The position numbers and the translations under genes are program-made. The notes under the pieces were generated by a model. The model was not told where the DNA came from and ran no database searches. It was given only the letters and a program-made list of their open reading frames with translations. Of a stretch of DNA of 64,000 bases, positions 46,265 through 55,563 are shown piece by piece (positions within the stretch are counted from its first letter, which is position 1; each line of letters starts with the position of its first letter). The stretch spans positions 1-64,000 of the forward strand of contig JAZDNO010000009.1 in the NCBI GenBank assembly GCA_043799545.1, in the 5' to 3' direction. The stretch is from Methanobacteriota archaeon (GTDB lineage: Archaea > Thermoplasmatota > Thermoplasmata > SG8-5 > DAIRED01).

Positions 46265-47527
46265 CTAACAATCGCAATCGTCGCTGGGGCTTTCGGACCT
46301 GAGTTTCTCTGGATAATCGCCCAGAATCCCCAGCAACCGCGATGCATCCCGCCAGATGCCGCGGACGAAGGAGCGCTCGCCCAGGCTCCACCTTTCCAAG
46401 TTCTGATTTGTGAGCGAGGCCAGCTTCTCAAGCTCCCCCAGCGCCATATCCGTCCGCAGGTCGTTTTCCAGATGCCCCAGCAGGAGCGCCCATAACTCTC
46501 CCGCTTTGTCCGGTCCCTTGGCACAGGGATGAATCCCGTCGGCCTCCGCCGAGGACGCGAGCGCGCGCCAGGAGTCCCTGATGAGGCCGAAGCGCGACGC
46601 AGCCGCGGCCATCGCATCGTCTGTGAAGTGCGTCTGTTCCCGGTAATGGCTCTGAAGGAGGAAGAACCTCACGGTTTCGCCCCCGAAGCGCCTGAAAAGG
46701 TCGCTCAGCTCGACCCTCACGCCTTTGGATTTCGAGAGCTTCTGCCCTTCGAACGTCACGTGCCCGTTGTGCATCCAGAAGCGGGACATGGGCCGGTCCA
46801 GCACCGCGCGGGCCATCAGCATCTCGGATTCGTGGTGCGGGAAGACCAGGTCCACGCCGCCCGTGTATATGTCGATGGGAGGACCGAGGTGCTTCTCCAC
46901 GAAGGCGAAATCCTGAACGTGCCAGCCAGGCCGCCCTGGCCCCCAGGGACTTTCCCAAGACAGGCGTCCGCTCGGCGCGGGTTCCCAAAGCGCGAAGTCC
47001 AGCGGGCTCTCTTTCGCCCCGGCAAGGTCTGCGTCGTGCGGCACGAGAGAATCTTCCAGAGGATGGCGCAGCAAACATCCGAAATCCTCTTTCCTCGCCC
47101 TGAGGTAGACCGCTTGCCCCCGCACGTAGGCCTTCCCGCTTGCCACTAGCATCTCCGCGACCGAGATAATCTCTTGTATGTGCTCGGAGACCTTGGGCCT
47201 GAGTTCCGGGGGCATTATGTTCAGCAGGGCCATGTCGCGCTCGAAAGCCTTCTCGCAGCGCTCTGCCAGCTGCAACTCAGTCAACCCCTTGGCTGCGGAC
47301 TTTCGAGCCGTCTCGTCTGAAACGTCCGTATAGTTCACGACGTGCTTGACTTCGAATCCCTCGTGGACCAGCATCCTTCGTGTCAGGTCCGCCGCCAGGT
47401 ACGATTTCCCGTGCCCGAGGTGAACCCTGGCGTAGACGGTCGGGCCGCAGGTGAACATCTTCACCAGTCCGTCGGGGACCTCGAAAGGTTCCACCCGGCC
47501 GGTCATCGAGTTGAACAGGCTCAGCAT
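46265..47527 (-). CDS. Divergent cysteinyl-tRNA-synthetase paralog
   Basis: CGPTVY..HLGH, DFALW, WGPGRPGWHVQD, FPHHE and KLSKS motifs; 420 aa. Confidence 0.9.
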   Translation of the reverse strand: MLSLFNSMTGRVEPFEVPDGLVKMFTCGPTVYARVHLGHGKSYLAADLTRRMLVHEGFEVKHVVNYTDVSDETARKSAAKGLTELQLAERCEKAFERDMALLNIMPPELRPKVSEHIQEIISVAEMLVASGKAYVRGQAVYLRARKEDFGCLLRHPLEDSLVPHDADLAGAKESPLDFALWEPAPSGRLSWESPWGPGRPGWHVQDFAFVEKHLGPPIDIYTGGVDLVFPHHESEMLMARAVLDRPMSRFWMHNGHVTFEGQKLSKSKGVRVELSDLFRRFGGETVRFFLLQSHYREQTHFTDDAMAAAASRFGLIRDSWRALASSAEADGIHPCAKGPDKAGELWALLLGHLENDLRTDMALGELEKLASLTNQNLERWSLGERSFVRGIWRDASRLLGILGDYPEKLRSESPSDDCDC

Positions 47528-47528
47528 C

Positions 47529-48368
47529 TCATCCTTTCTCCAGCCCGCACAGGGCCAGCATCCTCTCATCCAGCGGAACGGGTTTCGAGCCGTACGCCAT
47601 CTCCATCGTTTTGAAGAGCGGCCTGAACCCGAGCCGTCCGACCGCGCTGCAGGCCGTGCGGTTCGCCTCCGGAATCGAGACCCAGACCTCCGAGCCGGCC
47701 TCGACCTTCCCCAGGAGCGCGTCCATCAGGACAAGCCCCTGCCCCCCCTTGGATGCCCACGGCCCGGCTTCGTAACCAGTGCGCTCCGAGCCGCGCGCGT
47801 ACAGATAGCCTTCCACGGCGTCCCCGTCGACGCTCGCAAGGGCCAGCTCGGGAAATTCCCCCCGGAGTGATTTCAACATCCTTGTGCGGTCGGCTCGAAA
47901 GAGCCTCGCATCGAGTGAGTGAATTTCCTTGGCCAGCTTGTCGTCGACGTTGACGATCCCATGCCCGCGGCACGTTATGCCGGCCTTGCCGCTCATCGTC
48001 ACGAAGGCATCCCCCTTATGAAATCCGAGCCTCTCGTAGAACGGGACGACGCCCTCGTACGAGTACAAACGGATGTCCGTCGCGCCAGCGCCCTTCAGGT
48101 GCTGGATGCATGCGTTCGTCAGAGCCCGGCCGACACCAACCCTGCGGTGCCTGGAATCCACGACAACGTTGCCTATGATGCCCGTTGCGCCGAAAGCCAT
48201 GGCTGTGGCGAAGCCTTTCGGAACCCCGTCTTCCTCGCTCGCGAAGAATCCCCCGGGAAACAGTCGGAGCAGCCGCTCAGCGTCCGCGGCCTCGTAGCTC
48301 CATCCGGCGGCGTTGGCAAGCGCCACGAAGATGTCTATATCCCCGTCCTCCAGATTGCGCACAGTCAT
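47529..48368 (-). CDS. Two-domain GNAT acetyltransferase (YitH-like)
   Basis: VVVDSRHRRVGVG, FYERLGF; second domain DARLF..DR..GPW. Confidence 0.88.
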   Translation of the reverse strand: MTVRNLEDGDIDIFVALANAAGWSYEAADAERLLRLFPGGFFASEEDGVPKGFATAMAFGATGIIGNVVVDSRHRRVGVGRALTNACIQHLKGAGATDIRLYSYEGVVPFYERLGFHKGDAFVTMSGKAGITCRGHGIVNVDDKLAKEIHSLDARLFRADRTRMLKSLRGEFPELALASVDGDAVEGYLYARGSERTGYEAGPWASKGGQGLVLMDALLGKVEAGSEVWVSIPEANRTACSAVGRLGFRPLFKTMEMAYGSKPVPLDERMLALCGLEKG

Positions 48369-48524
48369 TCAAACACCCTTGACAGTCGGTTCGTCGCAGT
48401 CGTGATGGCCGTGGGTTATGTACGCTTTCTCCCCGCGCTGCATCTTCACCTGGCACGGGCCGAAACCGAAATCTTCCCCGCCGTACCAGAAGGCGCACTC
48501 CTTGCAGCGAAGACCTTTGGCCAT
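48369..48524 (-). CDS. Small Cys/His-rich protein (51 aa)
   Basis: CKECAFW..C..HGHHDC; stop abuts the GNAT start. Confidence 0.6.
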   Translation of the reverse strand: MAKGLRCKECAFWYGGEDFGFGPCQVKMQRGEKAYITHGHHDCDEPTVKGV

Positions 48525-48600
48525 CAGTTGGGATACGAATTGCGGGATACAAATAACTATTCCCCTGCCGCCAGCAATCTCACCGTGCGCGGGGCCTGCG

Positions 48601-50151
48601 TCACAGATGCGAGGCCGGGACAACGTTGCCTGCGTTCAAAATCCGCCGGGGGTCGAGCGCCTTCTTGACCGAAGCGATTTCCTCCATCCCCTTCCGCCCG
48701 TACATCAGCTCGATGTACGGCGTAGGCTTTCCGCGGACATCCAGAACCTTCTTTCCCATCCCGTGCTCCCCCGAAAGCGTGCCCCCGAGGGATACAGCAC
48801 GCTCCGCCAGCCCGACGTAGAGATTCTTCGCCATGGCAAGCTCTTCCGCGTTCTCGCTGATGAAGTTGAAATGGAGGTGGCAGTCTCCCGCATGCCCGAA
48901 GAGGACGAAATGCGCCCCCGGCCTCGGAAACGCCTTGCTGAACGCCGCTCCAGCGCTGCTGTAAGCTTCCATCATCTCCCCGAACCGGCCATCGGGAACG
49001 GCCATGTCCGTGCCCATCTTGTGGCTCCGGCGCTCGCGGAGGTAGGCGTTCACCCTGTCCGGCAGGGAGTGACGGAACTCCTTGAGCCCCCTGACGTCGC
49101 GCTCGTTGTTGGCGCACCAGTCCTCTGTCGAACCCAGCTCGCGCAGCCTCTTTTCGATAGGCGCGAGCGAGCTGGGCTCCCCGCACGCCATCTCGAAGAA
49201 TATCGCTCCCCCGGCGCCTTCCGGGACTTCCGGGTTCTCCTCGCGGATGAAACCGAGCGAATTCTCGTCGAAGTACTCCACCGAGAGAATCCCCTCCGCG
49301 CGCATGGGCCTCAGCCAGTCGGCGAACCTCATTGCCGAGTCACCCGTCCTGAAGAAAGCGATGTCGGAGGCTATGCCACCGGGCTTCGGCGCGAGACGCA
49401 ATTCCACCTGGGATATTGCACCGAGGATGCCCTCGCTTCCCACGAAGAGGTCCACGAGGTCCATCCCCGGTTTGGAGTACAGCCCGGCGTTGTGCTTGAC
49501 CGCTGGCATTTTGTAAGTCGGGATACCGAACCTGTACCGGTTGCCCTGCTCCGAGCGGAAGTCGAAGTATCCGTCGGGGCTGGCGCAGATTTTCCCCCGC
49601 TTGACGCCGAGCGTATCACCGTTGGTCAACACGACCCTCAAACCCTGGACCCATTCCCTCGTCGCGCCATAATTGAAGCATCTGGCCCCCGAAGCGTTCG
49701 TGGCGACCGTGCCCCCGACCTGAGCGGATGTCTCCGTCGGGTCTGGAGGATAAATCGCGGTCTTCGGCAGGGCTCCCGTCAACTCGAGCAGCGGGATGCC
49801 GGGCGGAACAACTGCCCTGAGCCCAGAGCGGTCGAGCAGGAACGACGAAGGCCCGGCCAGCCCAAGATATTCCACGCGCTCGAAGCCGTCCCGAGCTTCG
49901 ATGCGGACCATCTCCGCCATCGAGACGACGAGCCCGCCTGACTTGGGCACGCGCGCCCCGGTCACGCCCGTCCCCGCGCCCGAAACCGTCACCTTCTTCT
50001 TTTGAAGGCTGGCATCGCGCAGGATCTCTGCCAGCTCGCTCTCGCTCGCTGGGAAATAGACCGCTTCCACTGAACCCGGTTCGGCGTAGTGGGCGTTGCT
50101 CTCGTCGGTCAGGAATTCCTCGAACGCTTCGGAAGAGGTCTCGACGCGCAT
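48601..50151 (-). CDS. FAD-linked oxidoreductase (GlcD/D-lactate dehydrogenase family)
   Basis: GAGTG, PPDP, GGTVATNASG, GSEGILG, GHAGDCHLH, GEHGMG and LNAG motifs. Confidence 0.93.
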   Translation of the reverse strand: MRVETSSEAFEEFLTDESNAHYAEPGSVEAVYFPASESELAEILRDASLQKKKVTVSGAGTGVTGARVPKSGGLVVSMAEMVRIEARDGFERVEYLGLAGPSSFLLDRSGLRAVVPPGIPLLELTGALPKTAIYPPDPTETSAQVGGTVATNASGARCFNYGATREWVQGLRVVLTNGDTLGVKRGKICASPDGYFDFRSEQGNRYRFGIPTYKMPAVKHNAGLYSKPGMDLVDLFVGSEGILGAISQVELRLAPKPGGIASDIAFFRTGDSAMRFADWLRPMRAEGILSVEYFDENSLGFIREENPEVPEGAGGAIFFEMACGEPSSLAPIEKRLRELGSTEDWCANNERDVRGLKEFRHSLPDRVNAYLRERRSHKMGTDMAVPDGRFGEMMEAYSSAGAAFSKAFPRPGAHFVLFGHAGDCHLHFNFISENAEELAMAKNLYVGLAERAVSLGGTLSGEHGMGKKVLDVRGKPTPYIELMYGRKGMEEIASVKKALDPRRILNAGNVVPASHL

Positions 50152-50245
50152 CGGTCGGAGGAGAGCCCCCAAAGTAAAAACCTTTTCCGTTGATATGCGT
50201 GGAAATTATTATTATGGCTCAGTAATATGCCATTGTCAGTCATGT

Positions 50246-50454
50246 GCCGAGGTAACTAAGCCCGGTTTACGCCTGACGAGCAAGCTCGTCCGCGCCTCGT
50301 GGCTTCGCCACTTCGGAGGTGCCAGCCTGGCACTAAAACCTTTTATATGCCTAGGTAACTAAGCCCGGTTTACGCTGGACGAGCTGCGCTCGTCCGCGCC
50401 TCGTGGCTTCGCCACTTCGGAGGTGCCAGCTACTGGCACTAAAACCTTTGATAC
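50246..50454 (+). repeat. Two tandem 103/106-bp units made of interrupted tRNA-Ser(TGA) 5' halves
   Basis: tRNA nt 1-24, then a 47/48-nt hairpin insert, then AGGTGCCAGC, then inverted TGGCAC. Confidence 0.95.
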
Positions 50455-50569
50455 GCCGAGGTAACTAAGCCCGGTTTAAGGTGCCAGCCTTGAGTGCGCC
50501 AGAAAAAGAACTGGTGCCTGGCGAGCTGGTGGTGTCATCACCTCGGGAGTTCGAATCTCCCCCTCGGCG
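50455..50569 (+). tRNA. tRNA-Ser (TGA) with 29-nt intron (50495-50523)
   Basis: GCCGAGG/CCTCGGC plus G discriminator, CCAGC/GCTGG anticodon stem, long variable arm, intron at 37/38. Confidence 0.93.
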
Positions 50570-50570
50570 C

Positions 50571-50704
50571 TACACTTTTTTATCGCTTTCAATCGCGCCG
50601 AGGGGAGACTAATCTTTGCTGGTAGTAAGTAATAACCGATTAATCTTACCCTCAGAGACACACCAAATCCACGTTGCTAGTCTCTTCGGTCTCCCCCTCG
50701 GCGC
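50571..50704. repeat. 134-bp segment bounded by a 15-bp direct repeat of the tRNA 3' end, with an internal inverted copy
   Basis: TCTCCCCCTCGGCGC at 50556-50570 and 50690-50704; GCGCCGAGGGGAGAC at 50595-50609. Confidence 0.9.
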
Positions 50705-50763
50705 ATCATGTTGCTTCTCCGTCAGCCGTTAATCTTTTATCCCCTCGCGGCGTAAGGGGAAAC

Positions 50764-51534
50764 ATGACCGATTTGAAGGATTTGGACGTGAGCACGAGCA
50801 TGAAGGAGACCGTCAGGCTCATCAACGTTGCGCTGGATTCGCTCAACGCCAACGCGCTCGCCGGCAAGCCATCGGCGCTCTCGGCGGCTGAGAAGGGGAC
50901 GGTGGACGTGGTGAAAAAGAAGCTCCTGGAAGTAGAGGAGGCGTTCTGGCGCCCGCTCGATTCCCCGGAGACGTTCGAGAGGCTGGCCAAAGTGGCCGCT
51001 TCCATCGGAGACGGTGACCTGATTAAGTACTGCCAGAAGCAGAAGAACATGGTAATCGGCACAGAGATACATTTCAAGGGCTACTGCCAGCTGTTCTACG
51101 GCAACGCCAAGGAGGCCGTCGTGCACCTAAAGAAGGCCGTGGAGCTGGCGCCCGACCTGGACGTGGCCCCGAAGGACTACGAGACCGCGGTGAAGCGCGT
51201 GGCCAAGGCCGAAAAGGACCTGCCCGCCATCAACAGGATGATGTCGACGAAGGGTGAGACTGCGGAGCTATTGCAGAAGAAGGCCGTCGCGCTCATGGCT
51301 TTGGGCAACGTCGACGAGGCGATTCCGCTCTTCGACAAGGTCATCAAGCTCGAACCGACGAACCCGGAGGCGTGGGGGAAGCGCGGGACCGCGCTGGAGA
51401 GCCTGGGCAAGTTCGACGAGGCGGTTCCGTACCTGAGCAAGGCGCTCGCCCTGAAGCCGACGTCGATAACGGCAAAGAGGGGGCTCGGCCTTGCGACCTT
51501 CTGGACCAAGGGCGGGGAGAAGCCGGTAGATTAG
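50764..51534 (+). CDS. TPR-repeat protein (256 aa)
   Basis: C-terminal TPRs (AWGKRGTAL.SLGKFDEA). Confidence 0.85.
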   Translation: MTDLKDLDVSTSMKETVRLINVALDSLNANALAGKPSALSAAEKGTVDVVKKKLLEVEEAFWRPLDSPETFERLAKVAASIGDGDLIKYCQKQKNMVIGTEIHFKGYCQLFYGNAKEAVVHLKKAVELAPDLDVAPKDYETAVKRVAKAEKDLPAINRMMSTKGETAELLQKKAVALMALGNVDEAIPLFDKVIKLEPTNPEAWGKRGTALESLGKFDEAVPYLSKALALKPTSITAKRGLGLATFWTKGGEKPVD

Positions 51535-51568
51535 AACCGTTAGGCCAGATGTTGTCTGAATATTCGAG

Positions 51569-52978
51569 GTGAACGGCGTGGCACTCAAGGTACACAACAC
51601 TATGACCGGCGAGCTGGAAGAGTTCGCTCCAGTGAATCCCGGGCGGGCGGGGATGTACGTCTGCGGCATCAACACGTACGACAACAGCCACATGGGCCAC
51701 GCGAAGTCGGCGGTCATGTTCGACGTCGTGCGCAGGCACATAGAGCGCAGGGGGTTCGCAGTCAAATACGTCGTCAACTTCACGGACGTGGAAGACCACT
51801 GCATACAGCGGGCGAACGAGCTGGGCATCACGATTCACGACCTCGCGAAGACCTACATTGCGGAATATTTCAAGGACATGAGGGCGCTGGGCGTCCGCGA
51901 CGCGGACGTTTATCCAATCGCGACGGAGCACATCCCTGAGATGATTGCGGGAATCCAGAAGCTCATCGAAAACGGCCACGCCTACGAGGCCGCTGGCTCC
52001 GTGTATTTCAGCGTGAGGAGGGCTGAGGAGTACGGCAAGCTCTCGCACCAGACCCTGGAGGACATGCAATCCTCGGGGAGAGTTGAAATCGAGGAGGGGA
52101 AGCGCGACCCCATGGACTTCGCGCTCTGGAAGGCCTGGAAGGAGGGGGAGCCTTCGTGGGATTCGCCTTGGGGGAAGGGACGCCCTGGCTGGCACATCGA
52201 ATGCAGCGTGATGTCCATGAAATATCTCGGCGAGACCCTGGACGTCCACGGCGGCGGAAACGAGCTCATCTTCCCGCACCACGAGAACGAGAGGCTCCAG
52301 TCCGAAGCGCTCACTGGAAAGCCATTCTCCAAGTACTGGCTCCACGGCGGGATGCTGATGATTGATGGCGAGGAGATGCACAAGTCCAAGGGCAACTTCT
52401 TCACTATCAAGGACGTTCTCAAGCTCTACGAGCCAGGCGTGATACGCTTCTTCCTACTGAACACCCACTACCGCAAGCCGATAGACTACAGCGCGAGGGC
52501 GCTGGACGAGGCAAAGCAGTCCCTGGCGAGGCTGCGCTCGGTGGGCGAGAGGCTGGAGGGCGCAAAGACCGCCGCGCATCCGAACCAGGAGCTATGGGAG
52601 CGCGTGAAGAAAGCGCGTGCGGACTTCGAGGCGTCGATGGACGAGGACTTCAACACGCGCGGGGCAATCTCTGCCGTTTTCGAGGTGTCCAGGGAGCTGA
52701 ACAAGGCGCTGGACGAGGGGAAGCTGTGCGTGATGGCCAAGAACGAGGCGCTATCGCTCTTCGGAGAATTCGAGAAACTCTTCGGAGTGCTGGCGCGGGG
52801 TAAAGATGAGGCCGCAGACGACCCGCAGTCGCCGGAGGTACAAAGGCTTGTCGATGAGCGCGAGGCCGCGAGGAAGCGCAGGGACTTCAAGGCCGCAGAC
52901 GCGATACGCGACAGGCTTAAGGCGATGGGAATCATTGTCGAGGACGCTCCAGAGGGCACGAAATGGAAGAGAGCATAG
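51569..52978 (+). CDS. cysS: Cysteine-tRNA ligase (canonical)
   Basis: YVCG, HMGH, WHIECS, DVHGGG, FPHHENE, MHKSKGN; full C-terminal anticodon-binding region. Confidence 0.97.
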   Translation: MNGVALKVHNTMTGELEEFAPVNPGRAGMYVCGINTYDNSHMGHAKSAVMFDVVRRHIERRGFAVKYVVNFTDVEDHCIQRANELGITIHDLAKTYIAEYFKDMRALGVRDADVYPIATEHIPEMIAGIQKLIENGHAYEAAGSVYFSVRRAEEYGKLSHQTLEDMQSSGRVEIEEGKRDPMDFALWKAWKEGEPSWDSPWGKGRPGWHIECSVMSMKYLGETLDVHGGGNELIFPHHENERLQSEALTGKPFSKYWLHGGMLMIDGEEMHKSKGNFFTIKDVLKLYEPGVIRFFLLNTHYRKPIDYSARALDEAKQSLARLRSVGERLEGAKTAAHPNQELWERVKKARADFEASMDEDFNTRGAISAVFEVSRELNKALDEGKLCVMAKNEALSLFGEFEKLFGVLARGKDEAADDPQSPEVQRLVDEREAARKRRDFKAADAIRDRLKAMGIIVEDAPEGTKWKRA

Positions 52979-53988
52979 CATTTCTAAAGGCGCGGATACT
53001 TTCCCTTGGCGAGGTGTTCGTGGAACCAGGATGCGAGCTGCCGAGGACGTTCAGCAGGTCCACCGCCGGACCTGGCGCGGGCGGGCGCTCGCTCGCCTTC
53101 TCGTTCCGCGGCACCAAGGTGAAGCTCTCCATCACGTCTGACGAGAGGTCGCCCCTCCACCTGACCCGCGAGGGCTCGTTCGTGGCTGGCGGCCAGGAGT
53201 TCCCAGGCCGGGTGCGAGTGGTGCCGATTCTCCTGCATTGCCCGGAGCAGGCGTTCGTCAACGTCGAGGCCGGATGTTCGAAGGGCTGCGCGTTCTGCGC
53301 GACGCCCCTGACGCCGCAGGCTGTCGCGTCGAAGCTCACCGAGAACCGCGTCGTCGGTATGGTGCTGGCCGCAGCAAAGGAGCCCAGCTTCAAGGCCGTC
53401 GCAGTGACTGGCGGCGTCACGGAGGACCCGCAGAATTCGCTGGACCGGATGCTGGACGTCGTGAAGCGCGTGAGGGAGGCGCTGCCAACGGTGCCAATCG
53501 GGGTCGAGCCCTACGTCGAGAGCCCGGACGGGGTGGACGAGCTTCGCGAGGCTGGTGCGGACGAGATGAAAATCAACATCGAGGCTGCGACCGGAGCCAT
53601 CTCCGCGAAGGCATGCCCGGGCAGGAACCGCGATGCCGCGCTCGCTGGGCTTGAGAGGGCCGTGAAAACGTTCGGCAGGGGTATGGTGACATCCAACCTC
53701 ATTTTCGGGCTGGGCGAGTCCGAAGCTGAACTTGAGGAATGCGTTGGAATGCTGGCAGCGATGGGAGTCGTCCCCAACCTCAGGGCGCTGCGCGTCGATG
53801 CCGGCAACCGCTGGAGGCTGCGCGAGGCGCTCGGGTTCTCGCCGAGCACGCCGTCGGCGAAGAGGATGATGGAGGTCGCGCGGATGCACAAGGCGGTTCT
53901 GGAGCGGAACGGCCTGACGACGCTCACGTTCAAGACGATGTGCTTCCCTTGCGGCTGCTGCGACATCGTTCCGTTCAGGGACGTTTGA
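52963..53988 (+). CDS. Radical SAM protein (biotin-synthase-related)
   Basis: CSKGCAFC; SNLIFGLGE; C-terminal CFPCGCC; overlaps cysS. Confidence 0.85.
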   Translation: MEESIAFLKARILSLGEVFVEPGCELPRTFSRSTAGPGAGGRSLAFSFRGTKVKLSITSDERSPLHLTREGSFVAGGQEFPGRVRVVPILLHCPEQAFVNVEAGCSKGCAFCATPLTPQAVASKLTENRVVGMVLAAAKEPSFKAVAVTGGVTEDPQNSLDRMLDVVKRVREALPTVPIGVEPYVESPDGVDELREAGADEMKINIEAATGAISAKACPGRNRDAALAGLERAVKTFGRGMVTSNLIFGLGESEAELEECVGMLAAMGVVPNLRALRVDAGNRWRLREALGFSPSTPSAKRMMEVARMHKAVLERNGLTTLTFKTMCFPCGCCDIVPFRDV

Positions 53989-54036
53989 GGGAAAGGGACG
54001 GGCTATCCACGAAGATGAACGACATAACCCTCAGCC

Positions 54037-55563
54037 TTACCAATCCACCGTCCAGACTGTATCAGCAGGAACGTGGACCCAGTACCCTCTCCCAGGTTTC
54101 ATTACGTAACTAGGCCCGACTGTCGTGGTCATGTACGGAGCGCCAGCGTCGAAGACTTCGACTATGTCGGCGCTCGTGCCCCAGAAAGCAGTCGCAACGG
54201 TCACGCCCGCCGCAAGGGTCGGGTAGCCGACGAGGTTCCAGCCAGCTCGAAGTTGTATCTGTGTGGAAGGTGCCATTAATCCAGATACATTTAAGTAGCC
54301 GTCACCGACGAGCCCAATATAAATCCAAAACCCCATATATGGCTCGACGCGCGTCAGGTCATTTAATGACGGATTCCAAAACGGATTATATTGCTTCCAA
54401 TGATCCTGCATGTCAGCAGAGTCGTACCACATTACTCGGTCAAAGTAGGTGTCGCCGTCCATAAGTTGCGTGTAAAGGTTGAAAGTTGGGATTTCCATCG
54501 GGACTGAGATGAGGTTCCAGCCGGTAACAACAGGGATTTTAATATATTGCGGCAGAGGAGCCCCCCACGGTTGCATTATAGGATATCTGTCTCGGGCGCC
54601 AGCACCTCCCAGGATGTTCAAATAGGGCGTATCGCCAATGCCGTCGCAGCCTGGTATGGACTGATCGAATCCTCTGCAATAATCCACCCCGCTGTAATCG
54701 CCCCAGTAATTGCCGCCGGAGGGGTAACCGTTATCCCATTGATTGGTACCATATCCGTATGCTTGATTGCTGGTGAAGTTGTTGTGATAGATTGTATTGC
54801 CAGAACTTGATTCGTAAACGTATATGTCGATATCGTTATTTGAGACATTGTTGTTGAAAACAATATTGCTGGAAGAATCGATTGAGATTCCGACGTTGTT
54901 GTTTGTGACTATGTTATCAGAAATTATATTGCCATTGGAGTAGTATACGGCGATGCCAATCGCCCCGTTCCCAGAAACAGAGTTATATGAGATTGTGTTA
55001 CTGTCAGACCCGGAAAGAGATATGCTCGATGCGACGTTATTATTAATGATGTTGCCGTTGGATTCGTCGATATGGATATCAATATAATTGTTCAGGAATG
55101 TATTGTTAGCGATTTTATTACTATTAGAATAGAGAAAGTGTATGCCGTAGCTATTACTTGAGAGGCTATTATTATCAATTTTACCATTCTGGACACCATA
55201 GAAAGTTAAGCCCACATCAAAAAACCACGGCCAGTTATCGGTCCCATACGCATCGTGCAGATATAAGTTTCTTATAACAAAGTTATTGGTTGTATTACCA
55301 ATATATATACAATAACCATATCCATTCCCATTGATCTCCCAGTTCTCGATAATCCACGGATTAGATGCGTTTCCTGACCCTCCTGAGACGCCGTGCGCCA
55401 CGTCGAAATCCGCATTCGAGTTTATCCGTATTGGCGCATGCGACACATACGATGTCACGTTCCCAATATTTCTCGCCTCCGACTCACCCGATGGCTCTAT
55501 AAAGATTAAAGCACTCGATAGTATCACCAGCAAACTCAACACTAGCGACACACCTTTTCGCAA
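54037..55563 (-). CDS. Secreted NosD/beta-helix surface protein, one module plus GWNL C-terminal domain
   Basis: TTG start with signal peptide; HAPIRINSN; GI.....SN.N repeats; GGNYW; ends DTVWTVDW. Confidence 0.88.
   Translation of the reverse strand: MRKGVSLVLSLLVILSSALIFIEPSGESEARNIGNVTSYVSHAPIRINSNADFDVAHGVSGGSGNASNPWIIENWEINGNGYGYCIYIGNTTNNFVIRNLYLHDAYGTDNWPWFFDVGLTFYGVQNGKIDNNSLSSNSYGIHFLYSNSNKIANNTFLNNYIDIHIDESNGNIINNNVASSISLSGSDSNTISYNSVSGNGAIGIAVYYSNGNIISDNIVTNNNVGISIDSSSNIVFNNNVSNNDIDIYVYESSSGNTIYHNNFTSNQAYGYGTNQWDNGYPSGGNYWGDYSGVDYCRGFDQSIPGCDGIGDTPYLNILGGAGARDRYPIMQPWGAPLPQYIKIPVVTGWNLISVPMEIPTFNLYTQLMDGDTYFDRVMWYDSADMQDHWKQYNPFWNPSLNDLTRVEPYMGFWIYIGLVGDGYLNVSGLMAPSTQIQLRAGWNLVGYPTLAAGVTVATAFWGTSADIVEVFDAGAPYMTTTVGPSYVMKPGRGYWVHVPADTVWTVDW

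Noticed and set aside
50246-50454. Possible CRISPR array (also 1621-1874)
   Set aside because: Units are 103-127 bp, nearly identical throughout, with no unique spacers and no cas genes in the window
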